62,317 nucleotides of DNA, taken from contig JANZYW010000003.1 of NCBI GenBank assembly GCA_026413325.1, positions 1 to 62,317 on the forward strand, read 5' to 3'. Shown in pieces: positions 9,103 to 19,660 of this stretch; the first letter of the stretch is position 1; each line of letters opens with the position of its first letter. This stretch comes from Bacteroidia bacterium (lineage in GTDB: Bacteria > Bacteroidota > Bacteroidia > SpSt-205). The notes below the pieces were generated by a model, which saw only the letters and a program-made list of their open reading frames with translations, searched no databases and had not been told where the DNA came from. The position numbers and the translations under genes were made by a program.

Positions 9103-10283
9103 AGATAGCCATAGTAGGTCCTCCAAGAGACCTCCATCTTCAGCGATGGGGCAAGGCACTGGAAACTGCAGGGGCTCAAATCGTATATGTGGGAGTAGAG
9201 CCTCCCCCTGTGGAGTTATCGCCTTACGAATGTATAGGCCCCCCTACACCTCACCCTACATGGATCACCTTCTGGATGCGACGCCACCTTTTGAAAACAG
9301 TATTAGAGAAACACAATGTCACGGTAGCCCACCCCATCCACCTGACTCCTTCAGCCCTGTGGGTGTGGGCGAGTGGATTTCGACCCTATATTCCTTTCGC
9401 GATGGGAGCCGATCTCTTTGAGTACAGCCCCTCTCCTCCCCCTCTAAAAAGAAGTTGGACCCTACAGAGTCGGAATCCTTCTCTTTGGGGAGGTGCTACC
9501 GTCCACCTGCGCCGCTTGCTTTACCCTGCCCTCCTCCAAAAAATCCTCCGGGATAGCCTCCTCGCAGTAGGAGACAACTACGAGATTTGTTTTATGAAAA
9601 AATTTTTTGAAAAAGAAAAAAAATATATTGAACTTCCGACTGGTATTGTTTTTCCTTCAGAGGAAAGCTTTTTACCGGCAGGCTCTCGGCGCCTTCTCCT
9701 GGCCCCACGAGGGGCTACTCTTCTCTACCAAGCCGATATCATCCTTGAGGCATTCCAAAAATACTTACAGGCAGGGGGAGCCTTTTTCTCTCTCTCCCTC
9801 CTGGCCGGCCCTTATCCTATCCACCCCACCATCAAAGCCAAGGCTGCACATTTGAAAAAACATTATCCTGATTTGTTTTTCTTTTTAGAAAAAAAAATAT
9901 CTTACATAGAAATGAAAAGTTTGTGGAAACAGGCCGCCGCCTTCATTTCTGCTCCCGTCTATGACGGATATAGCTACGCTGTAGCAGAAGGGCGCCTGTA
10001 CGGTGCCCTCCCCATCGTCAATAGCATCCCGGCTCATCGAGAAATCCTCACCCACGGATACAATGCCTGGTTCGTGGAACCTTTCTCCTCTGATAAACTT
10101 GCAGAAACCCTATTTTCCCTAGAAAGCCTATTCCAAAATAACACAGCTCCTTTTTGGGAAGAGAGAAATCGCCGCTGGATACACCGCTTTTCAGACCTTC
10201 AAACCAACGCTACCCTCTTCCTCCAGCATACAGAGGCTGCCCTCCACCACAACAAGCTATACCTGCATCGTCAAACCAAATAA
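9099..10283 (+). CDS. Glycosyltransferase family 4 (GT-B)
   Basis: MKIAIVG start at 9099, HLQRW, MGAD and DGYSYAVAEGRLYGALPIVNSIPAHREIL (GT4-like donor-binding segment). Confidence 0.8.
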   Translation: MKIAIVGPPRDLHLQRWGKALETAGAQIVYVGVEPPPVELSPYECIGPPTPHPTWITFWMRRHLLKTVLEKHNVTVAHPIHLTPSALWVWASGFRPYIPFAMGADLFEYSPSPPPLKRSWTLQSRNPSLWGGATVHLRRLLYPALLQKILRDSLLAVGDNYEICFMKKFFEKEKKYIELPTGIVFPSEESFLPAGSRRLLLAPRGATLLYQADIILEAFQKYLQAGGAFFSLSLLAGPYPIHPTIKAKAAHLKKHYPDLFFFLEKKISYIEMKSLWKQAAAFISAPVYDGYSYAVAEGRLYGALPIVNSIPAHREILTHGYNAWFVEPFSSDKLAETLFSLESLFQNNTAPFWEERNRRWIHRFSDLQTNATLFLQHTEAALHHNKLYLHRQTK

Positions 10284-11525
10284 CTCGGGCCACCCTATCA
10301 GCAATAACAGCGTCAGCAGCAAACCCACTAAAAAAGTCACACTTGCTCGAACGACCTGTCCCATGCTCCGCTGAAAATAGCCCATCGCTACGAATAAATT
10401 AAGCCCTACAGGAGGCGTTAGATACCCTACTTCCAAAGCCAAGATGAAGATAACCCCAAGCCACAAAGGGGAAATGCCCAAATTCTGCGCAGCCGGCAAA
10501 AAAGCAGGAGCAAAAACAAGTATTGCAGATAAAACATCCATTACCATCCCCGCTACCAGAAGCGTACCTACTACCGCCAAAACGAATGACAGGGCCGTAA
10601 GCTGCAAACGCTCCACCTGCTCCACCACAAGAAATGGAAGCTCCGTCAAAAGAAGAAAATAACTCAACAAAGCCGCCATTAATACTACAGCCAATATACT
10701 CCCTAATGCTGTAGTAGCCTCCGCAAGCGTATCTCTCAGAACTGACCAACGCAGAGAGCGATACACTATCCCTTCCAGTAAAAGCAAGTACAAGACTGCA
10801 ATACCCGCCGCTTCGGTTACATTGTACAAACCCGCATATATGCCCCCCAAAACCACAAAAGGCAAACCCATTCCTGGTAAAGCCTGTATCGTCCTCTTAG
10901 CCGCAGTGCGAAACCGAAACGACTCCCGAGGCAATCGATATCGGATACCCAGCAAGATAGCTATCGCTATCAAGATACCCCCCGCCCATAAGCCGGGTAA
11001 GACGCTCGCTACGAACAATTTTTCTATATCTGTCCGCGTAACAATCCCATATACAATCATGGGTATACTGGGAGGGATTAGTATTCCCAACGACCCCCCC
11101 ACCGTGACGCTTCCAAGCGCTAAGGAATCTGGATAACCTGCCCTCCGCATGGCAGGATAGAGAAAACTGCCTATCGCTACCATCGTTACAGGGGAAGAAC
11201 CAGATATAGCTCCAAAGATCATACATGCCAATATGGCCGCCACCGAAAGCCCCCCAGGAAGCCACCCTAACCAAGCCTGTGCTACTTCTACCAGCTGCTG
11301 CGCAGTCCGACCTCGCGCCACCAAAGCCCCCGATAAGATGTATAAGGGTATCGCGAGAAAAGCAGGCTTGGTAAGAGTCTCCAGCACATATTTCAACAAG
11401 GCTTCCGAAGGCAAATCCTCATAAGCCGCAAATAGGCCAAAGCTCAGCCCCCCCAAAAGCACAAAGAGGGGAACTCCCACAACAATCAACACAAAGAGGC
11501 CCCCACCCAATAAAATCCCCTTCAT
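10257..11525 (-). CDS. dctM: TRAP transporter large permease DctM
   Basis: LAIPLYIL, FGAISGSS, GSLGILIPPSIPMIVYG and GYLTPPVGLNLFV; multi-TM. Confidence 0.93.
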   Translation of the reverse strand: MKGILLGGGLFVLIVVGVPLFVLLGGLSFGLFAAYEDLPSEALLKYVLETLTKPAFLAIPLYILSGALVARGRTAQQLVEVAQAWLGWLPGGLSVAAILACMIFGAISGSSPVTMVAIGSFLYPAMRRAGYPDSLALGSVTVGGSLGILIPPSIPMIVYGIVTRTDIEKLFVASVLPGLWAGGILIAIAILLGIRYRLPRESFRFRTAAKRTIQALPGMGLPFVVLGGIYAGLYNVTEAAGIAVLYLLLLEGIVYRSLRWSVLRDTLAEATTALGSILAVVLMAALLSYFLLLTELPFLVVEQVERLQLTALSFVLAVVGTLLVAGMVMDVLSAILVFAPAFLPAAQNLGISPLWLGVIFILALEVGYLTPPVGLNLFVAMGYFQRSMGQVVRASVTFLVGLLLTLLLLIGWPELFGLTMQV

Positions 11526-12058
11526 ACCAGTGATTTGCGCTGGAATGCCTCAGGTCGCAAACGCCCCCGAGCCACTTCTATCCAGAGATACACCCCGATC
11601 ATATACCGAAAGGCAGAAATACACGCCGCCATCACGAAGAAACTATATACTGTCCAAAGGGGAAGGCGCAAAACCAAATCTACTTCTTGATTGTCATACA
11701 AAAACCGAACAAAACCATATGCTGCCCAGGAAAGATAGAACAAAAATAAGGCAGATAGGAATGAGGCTATCGCAGAAAAAATCGCATTCCACAAAGGGCC
11801 GACCCAATTTTTGACAACGGATACGCTGATATGCTCGTAATACCCACTCGCCATCTGAATACCCCAAAAGCTCAATATCACAAAGAGGTAGGTAGCCAGG
11901 CGATCCGTTCCATAAAAGGGATCCTTCAACAAATACCGCGAAAAAACCCCCCCTAATACTACCCCACTGATACTCAACATAAGGACAGCAGCTATCCCCC
12001 TCTCCCAGCGATAGATACGAGCTTGCCAGCGCTGGTAGAGCTGAACAAACCGACTCAC
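11522..12058 (-). CDS. dctQ: TRAP transporter small permease DctQ
   Basis: Four TM helices, VFSRY and EHISV motifs; lies between dctP and dctM. Confidence 0.88.
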   Translation of the reverse strand: MSRFVQLYQRWQARIYRWERGIAAVLMLSISGVVLGGVFSRYLLKDPFYGTDRLATYLFVILSFWGIQMASGYYEHISVSVVKNWVGPLWNAIFSAIASFLSALFLFYLSWAAYGFVRFLYDNQEVDLVLRLPLWTVYSFFVMAACISAFRYMIGVYLWIEVARGRLRPEAFQRKSLV

Positions 12059-13068
12059 TTCTCAGCGGCTTTCTTTTTTCGGTACTCAGCGATTTTTGCC
12101 CTCACCTGATGGAGGAGCGCTTTCCCCTGTACTCCGAGGTGGGCCTCCAGCCGAGGCATATTCGCTTCTATAACTTTACGAAAAGCCTCTCGCTGCTGAG
12201 GAGTCAGACGATGAAACTTCACATTCCCCTCCTTCTCAGTAGAGGCTAAAATAGACTGCTCTTCATCCCGAACTAACTTTCGACCTGTAGCTTGGATTTC
12301 TATCCGTTTCTCCCGAACCAAAAGCGCTTTTTGCAGGTCAGGGGGGAGACCATCAAATACCTTTTTAGAAATGACGATAGCTCCTGGCTGGAAAACGTGT
12401 CGAGTGAGGGTGTAATGCTTAATCTGCCCCATCCACCCTGTAGAAACCGAAAACACCAGACTCTGATCAAAGCCCTCCACCATGCGATTCTTCAAGGCCA
12501 TGAGTACATCTGGAGTGGGCATCGGAACGGGAGTCGCTCCCAATATCTTGTACATCTCTATGTAAAGGGGAGTTTCCTGAGCCCGCATCTTGAGCCCTTT
12601 GAGGTCTGAAGGGGATAGTATGGGCTTCGTAGCACAACCAAAGTTGCGCCAACCATTAACCCCCCATAACACCAGTACCACCCCTTTGTCGGATAACCTC
12701 CTATAAAACTCATCGAAAAGCGCATCCATCACATAGTCAACTTCTTCATCACTTTCAAAAAGAAACGGCATTTCCAGCACTAAAAGCTCCGGCATGGAAA
12801 GACCTTCAGCCAGGCCTCCGATCGAGAGAACTCCCACATCCAGTGTTCCCATTCGAAGGCTCCGGACCATTTCCACCTCACCGCCTAACTGACCGCTGAG
12901 AAACTTTCGGAAGGAAAGCTTCCCTGGACCTGCCATTTGATTTACAGCCTTGATATAACTGTCTAACGCCTCTTCCCAAGGACTATCATAAGGGATGCTG
13001 GAACCTACGCGCAGCTTAACTTGGGCCCAAAGCCCAGCTATGAAGACAAGAAAAAATAGGCTTCTCAT
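12055..13068 (-). CDS. dctP: TRAP transporter substrate-binding protein (DctP/TatP type)
   Basis: GQLGGEVEMV, LEMPFLF, DLKGLKMR and GATPVPM; signal peptide. Confidence 0.92.
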   Translation of the reverse strand: MRSLFFLVFIAGLWAQVKLRVGSSIPYDSPWEEALDSYIKAVNQMAGPGKLSFRKFLSGQLGGEVEMVRSLRMGTLDVGVLSIGGLAEGLSMPELLVLEMPFLFESDEEVDYVMDALFDEFYRRLSDKGVVLVLWGVNGWRNFGCATKPILSPSDLKGLKMRAQETPLYIEMYKILGATPVPMPTPDVLMALKNRMVEGFDQSLVFSVSTGWMGQIKHYTLTRHVFQPGAIVISKKVFDGLPPDLQKALLVREKRIEIQATGRKLVRDEEQSILASTEKEGNVKFHRLTPQQREAFRKVIEANMPRLEAHLGVQGKALLHQVRAKIAEYRKKKAAEK

Positions 13069-13074
13069 AGAAGA

Positions 13075-13857
13075 TTAATCTTCGAAAAGCTCGTTTTCCT
13101 GCGCTAAAAGAGCCCGGGCTTTCCGCTGCGCGAGACGATTTTCCGCGGATTTATCTTTATCGGCTCCAGGCTCTGCTTGCAAAACCTCCTGCAGGAGCCG
13201 CCGAAATAACTCTCTGTTGCGCACTTTTGGGTGAGCTGCATAGGCCTCTGCATACAGTACCTTCGTTTCCAGATAGTCTGGTGCGACCGCAAGGGCTTTC
13301 TCGAACATCTCCCGAGACTTGTTTACATCTTGCTCTCCCGTAATAGCAGGCACGAGGGCATAGTAGCCTCCAAAAAAGCGATACCCCCCTCCATAATAAT
13401 AGTCGGGTTTGATCTCCATGACCCGATCCCAATATAGACGGATAGTAGAACGAGCTTGTACCTTCTGACGAAAGGGCGCATGCTTGCCCCACCGAGCTAT
13501 CGATGCTGCCGACCAGTATAGAAGAGGCAAATGTGTTTCCACAGCTTTCTTGACGATTTCTTCGTCCTTAGCCGACTCGGACAAACCAAGCTGATGAATA
13601 AGAGCTCCCCTACACAGCTTGAAAGCTCTGTCATATCGCTCTAAGCGAAGTGCTTTGTCCTCCGTCTGCTCCCCTAATAGATAGTATAGGCGGGCCAGCC
13701 GAACAACCTTCTCGGGGTCATGTGGCTTGTCTTTGAGCTGCCCTTCCAGGATCTCTATGGCTTGCTTGGCCCTGTCAGGATTGTCTCGCTCGGCCCAGAG
13801 TATCTCCTCATCGATTTGTGCCCATAGGCAGGCTATTCCTACGAGAAAATATCGCAT
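13075..13857 (-). CDS. TRAP transporter TatT component (TPR-like protein)
   Basis: LLYWSAAS, PDYYYGG...YY...P...G..D..KS...FEKAL and YLETKVLYAEAYA resemble TatT; first gene of the TRAP operon. Confidence 0.78.
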   Translation of the reverse strand: MRYFLVGIACLWAQIDEEILWAERDNPDRAKQAIEILEGQLKDKPHDPEKVVRLARLYYLLGEQTEDKALRLERYDRAFKLCRGALIHQLGLSESAKDEEIVKKAVETHLPLLYWSAASIARWGKHAPFRQKVQARSTIRLYWDRVMEIKPDYYYGGGYRFFGGYYALVPAITGEQDVNKSREMFEKALAVAPDYLETKVLYAEAYAAHPKVRNRELFRRLLQEVLQAEPGADKDKSAENRLAQRKARALLAQENELFED

Positions 13858-14033
13858 GGGGCAATACTACAAAAAACCCTGTTATCTCCTTTTTTCCCTA
13901 TGGTACATTCCCAATAGGATAGATAGGTGGAAAACAGAGGATTTATATACAGATCGCTTCCCTTTCCTTTCTGTGACTGGGGAAAAGTCCGACAAACAAG
14001 AAATCTCTTCGAGAGCCTATCTTTATCGATACA

Positions 14034-14609
14034 ATGAGTTACCTCTGTGGGGTTATAGGATTAATGCTGGTACAGAAGATACTATCATGCGATACGGTGG
14101 CTTTGAGTTTGCGGATTTGGGGGCTTAGCTACCACCCGCGGGGAGAAGTTGCAAATGCACACTTGATGCCATGGAAGTTGGATGCACAGGCCTATCTCGT
14201 TCTAAATCTGGGGGCTGGACTCTATGGAGAGCTTCCTCTCACCTACCCTTGGCTTACTTTTCGATGGGCTTCCGCCTTTTACTTTGATTGCGCAAGGCAG
14301 AGGGCGGGAATGTTCTTTATCGGAATGCAATCCCCCACCGTACACTGGGGCTCTCATGCCCTTCAGGGTTCATTTGGGGTCGCTTATCTATGGAGATGCT
14401 CCTGGGAGCGGTTATCTGGTTATCAGAATCCGGGATTTTTTCGAGACAGTCGGATTGCTCCCCTTCAGTATCGTTGGATACCCGCGGGTGAACTGTGTTA
14501 CTTATATACATGGCATCCTTCTTGGGCCTTTAGTATAGGGATCGTGCCCGGCTGGCCACATCTGATCCATCTTTCCATAGGGATACAAAAAAGATTCACG
14601 GAAACGTAA
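14034..14609 (+). CDS. Hypothetical protein, possibly outer-membrane beta-strand rich
   Basis: 191-aa ORF with signal-like N-terminus and alternating aromatic strands. TATCTTTA lies 8 nt upstream. Confidence 0.5.
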   Translation: MSYLCGVIGLMLVQKILSCDTVALSLRIWGLSYHPRGEVANAHLMPWKLDAQAYLVLNLGAGLYGELPLTYPWLTFRWASAFYFDCARQRAGMFFIGMQSPTVHWGSHALQGSFGVAYLWRCSWERLSGYQNPGFFRDSRIAPLQYRWIPAGELCYLYTWHPSWAFSIGIVPGWPHLIHLSIGIQKRFTET

Positions 14610-14632
14610 CTTTTTTAGAACTACCTTCGAGT

Positions 14633-15133
14633 ATGTTCCCTCTTCGGAAAACTTTCGTAGCTTTGGACTTCGAAACGGCGAACTCTGGGAGACACACAGT
14701 CTGCGCCGTTGGGGCAGTGGCGGTAGAAAGAGGAAAAATCGTACAGGAGTGGGATACGCTCGTCCGCCCCCCTACGGAAGATTTCAGCCACTCTGACATC
14801 CATGGTATTACGGCCGAGAAGGTTCTTTATGCTCCCACCTTTTCAGAAGTATGGCGGACGCTCCGTCCTCTTCTCAGAGAGTACGGGTTAGTCATCGCTC
14901 ATAATGCGGCCTTTGAGAAGAGTGTACTGGAGACGTGTCGGAGCTATTTCAATCTGCGCTTACCCGACTTAGAATGGGGGTGTACCCTTCGATTAGCTCG
15001 AGCAAAGCTTCCTTATCTGACGGGCCACCGTCTCCCCACCGTATGCAAGCACCTTCGGATACCATTAGGTAGGCATCATGACGCTCTGTCGGATGCCCGG
15101 GCATGTGCCCAAGTTTGGTTAGCTCTTGTTTAG
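14633..15133 (+). CDS. DEDDh 3'-5' exonuclease (DNA Pol III epsilon-like)
   Basis: VALDFETAN, IHGIT, IAHNAAFE and HHDALSDARAC. Confidence 0.9.
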   Translation: MFPLRKTFVALDFETANSGRHTVCAVGAVAVERGKIVQEWDTLVRPPTEDFSHSDIHGITAEKVLYAPTFSEVWRTLRPLLREYGLVIAHNAAFEKSVLETCRSYFNLRLPDLEWGCTLRLARAKLPYLTGHRLPTVCKHLRIPLGRHHDALSDARACAQVWLALV

Positions 15134-15156
15134 TAAAAAGGTATTTCCTAAATAAC

Positions 15157-15609
15157 TTATTCCCCCTGGGAGAGCCGACTCAATACGATAACCGTATGCC
15201 GAACGATAGCCACCAGTTTATCCGTGCCCTCCTCATACAAGCGGACATCCCATACATGGGTGGAACGTCCCAAGTGCAGAGGACGGGCCTCTGCCCAGAC
15301 GTACCCCTCTCTCACGGCACGGAGATGGTTGCCATTTATCTCCAGACCTACGCAATAGTGAGTCTGCGGATTTACAACGAGATTGGAGCCAGTGCTGGCG
15401 ACTGTCTCAGCTAAAGCCACCGATGCTCCTCCATGGAGCATACCGAGGTATTGACGGGTACGCCCATCAACAGGCATACGGGCCCGAATATAGTTGGAAC
15501 CAATTTCGGTAAAAGTGATCCCCAGCGCTTCCACTAAAGTCCCCCGAGCCATTTCGTTGAGAACTGCAGGTGTGGCTTCTACCACCCAGATGTGTTCGGT
15601 CTTCTTCAC
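15157..15609 (-). CDS. Hotdog-fold thioesterase (PaaI/MenI-like)
   Basis: MPVDGRTRQYLGMLHGGASVALAET and VGLEINGNHLR. Confidence 0.9.
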   Translation of the reverse strand: MKKTEHIWVVEATPAVLNEMARGTLVEALGITFTEIGSNYIRARMPVDGRTRQYLGMLHGGASVALAETVASTGSNLVVNPQTHYCVGLEINGNHLRAVREGYVWAEARPLHLGRSTHVWDVRLYEEGTDKLVAIVRHTVIVLSRLSQGE

Positions 15610-16448
15610 AGGTCGGCTAACAAAAAGGTTTCCCCTCGCTCATACCGGCCCGGCTCTTTTTCCGTGACGGTACTACACTCTACAGCTGCGTCGTGTTCAT
15701 AAAACAGTACTACTTGCTCTTGAACGAGCCATGGAAGGAACTGTTGTCTTTCCTCAAAAGTAACCAAAGGACGAACATCATAGGCCATGACATAGGGTAA
15801 AGGAAGATGGGCACTCGTCGGAAATAGGTCTGCTCCGTAGAGGATCTTTTTATCTCGATAGGCGACCTCTACAAGCTGTTGCCCTTCTGTATGGCCATGG
15901 ACGACTCGGAGTCTCACACCTGGAAGGAGTTCCTGCTCTCCTTCTACCAAAATAAGCTGTCCTGATTGTGCGAGGGGGTCGTAGTTTTCGGAAAAAAAAC
16001 TGGCTCGCTCCCTCGGATTGGGTGCATGAGCCCATTCCCAATGTGTACGTTGGACATAGTAGCGGGCTTGTGGAAACGTAGGGAGGATTTCCCCTTTTGA
16101 GGTCCTCCGAGTGCTTCCCCCCGCATGGTCAAAATGAAGATGCGTCAAGATCACATCGGTAACATCGTTCACTCCGAATCCCAGTTTCTGCAGCTCCCCC
16201 TCCAGCGTGTATACAGAATGGTCAATCGCATAGAGGTCCCCAAACTTAGGAGTATACTTATGCCCTACGCCGACATCTACCAGCAGAAGCCGATTCCCCT
16301 CTTGTATCAGGAGAGCTCGCATGGCCATGGGGATGCGATTTCGTTCATCGGGGGAAATGAGTTTCGACCAGATCACCTTGGGTACGACACCAAACATAGC
16401 TCCCCCGTCCAGGGCAAAATACCCTGTATTAAGGCTGTAGAGCTGCAT
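15606..16448 (-). CDS. MBL-fold metallo-hydrolase (YtnP-like)
   Basis: LDGGAMFGVVPK, THLHFDHAGG (HxHxDH), GHTEGQQ and FYEHD. Confidence 0.9.
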   Translation of the reverse strand: MQLYSLNTGYFALDGGAMFGVVPKVIWSKLISPDERNRIPMAMRALLIQEGNRLLLVDVGVGHKYTPKFGDLYAIDHSVYTLEGELQKLGFGVNDVTDVILTHLHFDHAGGSTRRTSKGEILPTFPQARYYVQRTHWEWAHAPNPRERASFFSENYDPLAQSGQLILVEGEQELLPGVRLRVVHGHTEGQQLVEVAYRDKKILYGADLFPTSAHLPLPYVMAYDVRPLVTFEERQQFLPWLVQEQVVLFYEHDAAVECSTVTEKEPGRYERGETFLLADL

Positions 16449-16455
16449 TCGCAGG

Positions 16456-16617
16456 CTACTTCTTACGTTGCGCTAAGAAGCCTTGTAGCTGATCAGAAGA
16501 AATCAGTTTTTTATGAAATCGGGTGCGACCCTGCTCGTCCTTTACAGGATAGATAACCCGAGTGAGCCCTGACTTCCTGTCCCCAGAGCGGAAAGTTGCT
16601 ACGGTTTTCTTCGCCAT
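16456..16617 (-). CDS. DUF4295-family small protein
   Basis: Below the ORF-track cutoff. Manual translation is MAKKTVATFRSGDRKSGLTRVIYPVKDEQGRTRFHKKLISSDQLQGFLAQRKK (53 aa). The MAKKxVATx start and position right after rpmG match Bacteroidota DUF4295. Confidence 0.8.
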   Translation of the reverse strand: MAKKTVATFRSGDRKSGLTRVIYPVKDEQGRTRFHKKLISSDQLQGFLAQRKK

Positions 16618-16625
16618 AGATTTGG

Positions 16626-16811
16626 TTATTTTACTTCTCGATGTAACGTATGTTTGCGTAAGATGGGATTATACTTCTTGAGCTCCAGTCGGCCAGAAGT
16701 ATTTTTTCGATTTTTCCAGGTATAGTATCGAGAGGTGCCGGGCAGACCACTGGAAGCATGCTCCGTGCACTCCAAAATGACTTGTATCCGATTCCCCCTT
16801 TTCTTAGCCAT
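16626..16811 (-). CDS. rpmG: 50S ribosomal protein L33
   Basis: [18 protein letters not shown]...[41 protein letters not shown] at 16816-16823 is 4 nt upstream. Confidence 0.96.
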   Translation of the reverse strand: MAKKRGNRIQVILECTEHASSGLPGTSRYYTWKNRKNTSGRLELKKYNPILRKHTLHREVK

Positions 16812-16968
16812 GCGGCAAAAGTAAGAAGAAGTTCGAAGCCCCAAGTGTATCAACGAAGAGGAAGTGCGAAGCGATACATTCTTAGATTCGGTATACCTCG
16901 TGCCAGAAAGGCTAAGGGCAGCAAAAAAGGAAACGAGCCCGCTTCGATTAGCACCTTACCTTTGGGCT

Positions 16969-18753
16969 ATGTTGGAGGTACGGAATCTCTCGGTGGGATT
17001 TGAGACTCGGGCTGGGTATATACATGCAGTAGAGGGGGTGAGCTTTTCCCTGAAAAAAGGACAAACGTTGGGCATCGTGGGAGAATCGGGGTCAGGCAAA
17101 AGTGTCTCCTCTCTGGCTATCATGCGTCTCATCCCTACCCCACCGGGTCGGATCACGGCAGGAGAAATCTGGTTTGACTCTCCCTCTCTGGGACAAGTAG
17201 ACTTGGTGCGCCTGCCCGAAAAACAAATGCGACACCTCAGGGGCAATGAAATTGCGATGATCTTCCAAGAACCGATGACGTCTCTAAACCCTGTCTTCAC
17301 CTGCGGAGAGCAAGTGGTAGAGGCGATCCGCCTCCACCAAAAAGTCTCTTCTCGAGAAGCTAAAACGCGAGCTATAGCCCTTTTTGAGGAGGTAAAGCTA
17401 CCCAATCCTACCCGCATCTTCGATGCATACCCTCACCAGCTCTCTGGGGGCCAGAAACAGCGGGTCATGATCGCCATGGCCATCAGCTGTGAGCCCGCTC
17501 TCCTCATCGCAGATGAACCTACGACTGCTCTGGATGTGACAGTACAGAAAACCATCCTCGACCTCCTCATGGAGCTCCAAGCTCGCCACGGTATGAGCCT
17601 TATATTTATCTCTCATGACTTAGGGGTTATTGGGGAGATCTGTGATGAGGTAATGGTCATGTATAAAGGAAAGGTCGTCGAGCAGGGAAGCGTACTAGAC
17701 ATTTTCAATCACCCAAAAGATGCCTATACCAAAGGACTCATCGCATGTCGCCCCCCTTTAGACCGCCGGCTTCACCGTCTCCCTACTCTAACGGATTTCT
17801 TGAAAGCACCTGACAAACTCACAGTAGAGGAGGCCCTTCAAGCAGAAACGCTTACCGAAAAAGTTTATCAAGAAAGGCAGCAAAAGTTGGCCCAGCAGAC
17901 TCCTCTACTTCGGGTGGAAAACCTACAAGTCTATTTTCCTGTTACCAAAGGAGTTCTGGGACGTGTGGTGGATTATGTAAAAGCAGTAGACGAAGTGAGC
18001 TTCCACGTCTATCCTGGAGAAACGGTAGGCTTGGTGGGGGAATCAGGCTCGGGAAAGACAACTACAGGAAGAGCTATCCTGCGACTCATAGAACCCACAA
18101 GTGGTCGGGTCTATTTCATGGGACAGGAGGTGACCTCTCTCCCCACTGAAGCCCTTCGCAAACTGAGACGCCACATGCAGATTATCTTCCAAGACCCGTA
18201 CAGTTCCCTCAATCCGCGTTTGACAGTAGGAACAGCGATCACTGAACCTCTTCTCTACCATCGAATCGCAACGACGCCAGCACAAGCCAAAGAAAAAGCC
18301 ATCGCCCTCCTCGAGAAAGTCGGCTTAGAACCGGATCACTTTTACCGTTACCCACATGAGTTCTCCGGCGGACAACGACAGCGCATCGCTATCGCTCGAG
18401 CCCTCGCTGTAGAACCCACTTTTATCGTGTGCGACGAAAGTGTATCTGCCTTAGATGTTTCTGTTCAAGCTCAGGTGCTTAACTTACTTTTAGACCTGCA
18501 AGAACAATATGGCCTCTCCTACATCTTCATCTCACATGATTTGAGCGTGGTGAAATTCATGAGCGACCGACTCTTGGTCATGAATGCAGGGAAAGTAGTC
18601 GAGAGCGGCTACTCCGAAGACATTTATCGAGCTCCGCAGCACCCCTACACGCAGAAACTTATCGAGGCTATCCCCAAAGGAAGGCTTCAGGACATAGAAG
18701 CCGCTCTGAAACGGCGAGAAAGGTATCGAAGAGCTCCCCTCCTTGGCTCCTAA
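16969..18753 (+). CDS. Dipeptide/oligopeptide-type ABC transporter ATP-binding protein with two fused NBDs
   Basis: Two Walker A motifs (GESGSGKS/T), two signatures ([16 protein letters not shown]) and HPYT motif. Start MLEV at 16969, 4 nt after TACCTTTG. Confidence 0.92.
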   Translation: MLEVRNLSVGFETRAGYIHAVEGVSFSLKKGQTLGIVGESGSGKSVSSLAIMRLIPTPPGRITAGEIWFDSPSLGQVDLVRLPEKQMRHLRGNEIAMIFQEPMTSLNPVFTCGEQVVEAIRLHQKVSSREAKTRAIALFEEVKLPNPTRIFDAYPHQLSGGQKQRVMIAMAISCEPALLIADEPTTALDVTVQKTILDLLMELQARHGMSLIFISHDLGVIGEICDEVMVMYKGKVVEQGSVLDIFNHPKDAYTKGLIACRPPLDRRLHRLPTLTDFLKAPDKLTVEEALQAETLTEKVYQERQQKLAQQTPLLRVENLQVYFPVTKGVLGRVVDYVKAVDEVSFHVYPGETVGLVGESGSGKTTTGRAILRLIEPTSGRVYFMGQEVTSLPTEALRKLRRHMQIIFQDPYSSLNPRLTVGTAITEPLLYHRIATTPAQAKEKAIALLEKVGLEPDHFYRYPHEFSGGQRQRIAIARALAVEPTFIVCDESVSALDVSVQAQVLNLLLDLQEQYGLSYIFISHDLSVVKFMSDRLLVMNAGKVVESGYSEDIYRAPQHPYTQKLIEAIPKGRLQDIEAALKRRERYRRAPLLGS

Positions 18754-18788
18754 TCTCCACTTTTCTAAGGGTACCTATCTTTGCTAAA

Positions 18789-19151
18789 ATGCCTGACTTT
18801 GTCTCTATCCGAGCTTTTATAGAAGGAGGAATACGCTTGATCATCCTCCTAACTCCCCTTGTCCTCTTGATCTTACCTGCAGACTTCTTCGATGAGGGCC
18901 CTGTCATATGCCCTTCTCGTCTTCTGCTCGAGGTGGAATGCCCCGGTTGCGGGCTTACCCGAGCCACGCAGCACCTCATCCACTGGGATTGGCAAACAGC
19001 ATTAGATTTCAATCCCCTCGTACTCCTGACTACTCCTATCCTGGCCTGGTTATGGGTGGAAAACCTACGAGTTGTCCACAAAAAATATGCTCCTCTGCGC
19101 CTTCCCTCCGTTCCACTCCCTTTTCTTAACTCAAAGGTTACAAAGAACTAA
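18789..19151 (+). CDS. DUF2752-family membrane protein
   Basis: C...CPGCGLTRA...H......A..FNP motif. Confidence 0.85.
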   Translation: MPDFVSIRAFIEGGIRLIILLTPLVLLILPADFFDEGPVICPSRLLLEVECPGCGLTRATQHLIHWDWQTALDFNPLVLLTTPILAWLWVENLRVVHKKYAPLRLPSVPLPFLNSKVTKN

Positions 19152-19200
19152 TACTTGTATTACTCGAAAACACCTATCTTTGCTCAAACTATCATCGCGT

Positions 19201-19575
19201 ATGAAGCACGTAGCTTTTCTATTCGGGATCATCGTCCTCGGGACGGTTACTTTGTCAGCGAACGCTGTGCTCGCTGCCTCTGCAAATGGATCAGGTGTCA
19301 TTTCCGTGAGCACCGAAACTTCTCAAAAGACCGAGAAAAAGGTTAGCTTCTTCCAAAAAGTGAAGACCTATCTCCAAGCATGGAAGGATTTATTCCGCCT
19401 ACCCCCCTCCAAAGGTTTGCTGATCGTGCTGGCTATCCTTATACCCTGGCTTGCAGTCGGCTTAGCCACAGATTGGGACCTCAAGCATGTGGTGATAAAT
19501 CTTCTCCTGGGCATTTTTACCTGCATAGGAGGTATTATTCATGCCATCATTATTGTGAATAAATACGCATCCTAA
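19201..19575 (+). CDS. YqaE/Pmp3-family membrane protein with N-terminal signal/extension
   Basis: C-terminal LIVLAILIPWLAVGL...INLLLGIFTCIGGIIHAIIIV is the Pmp3 pattern. ATG at 19201. Confidence 0.75.
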   Translation: MKHVAFLFGIIVLGTVTLSANAVLAASANGSGVISVSTETSQKTEKKVSFFQKVKTYLQAWKDLFRLPPSKGLLIVLAILIPWLAVGLATDWDLKHVVINLLLGIFTCIGGIIHAIIIVNKYAS

Positions 19576-19606
19576 CCTTTCTCAACTCCTCCAGATTGTA
19601 ACCTCA

Positions 19607-19639
19607 GAAGGGGTGGTGTTTGAATGGCACCACCCCTTC
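19607..19639 (+). terminator. Stem-loop between the two Pmp3-like genes
   Basis: GAAGGGGTGGTG-9 nt-CACCACCCCTTC perfect 12-bp stem. It is followed by a C/T-rich run rather than poly-U. Confidence 0.45.
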
Positions 19640-19660
19640 CTCCTTCTCCTATACTCAGCC

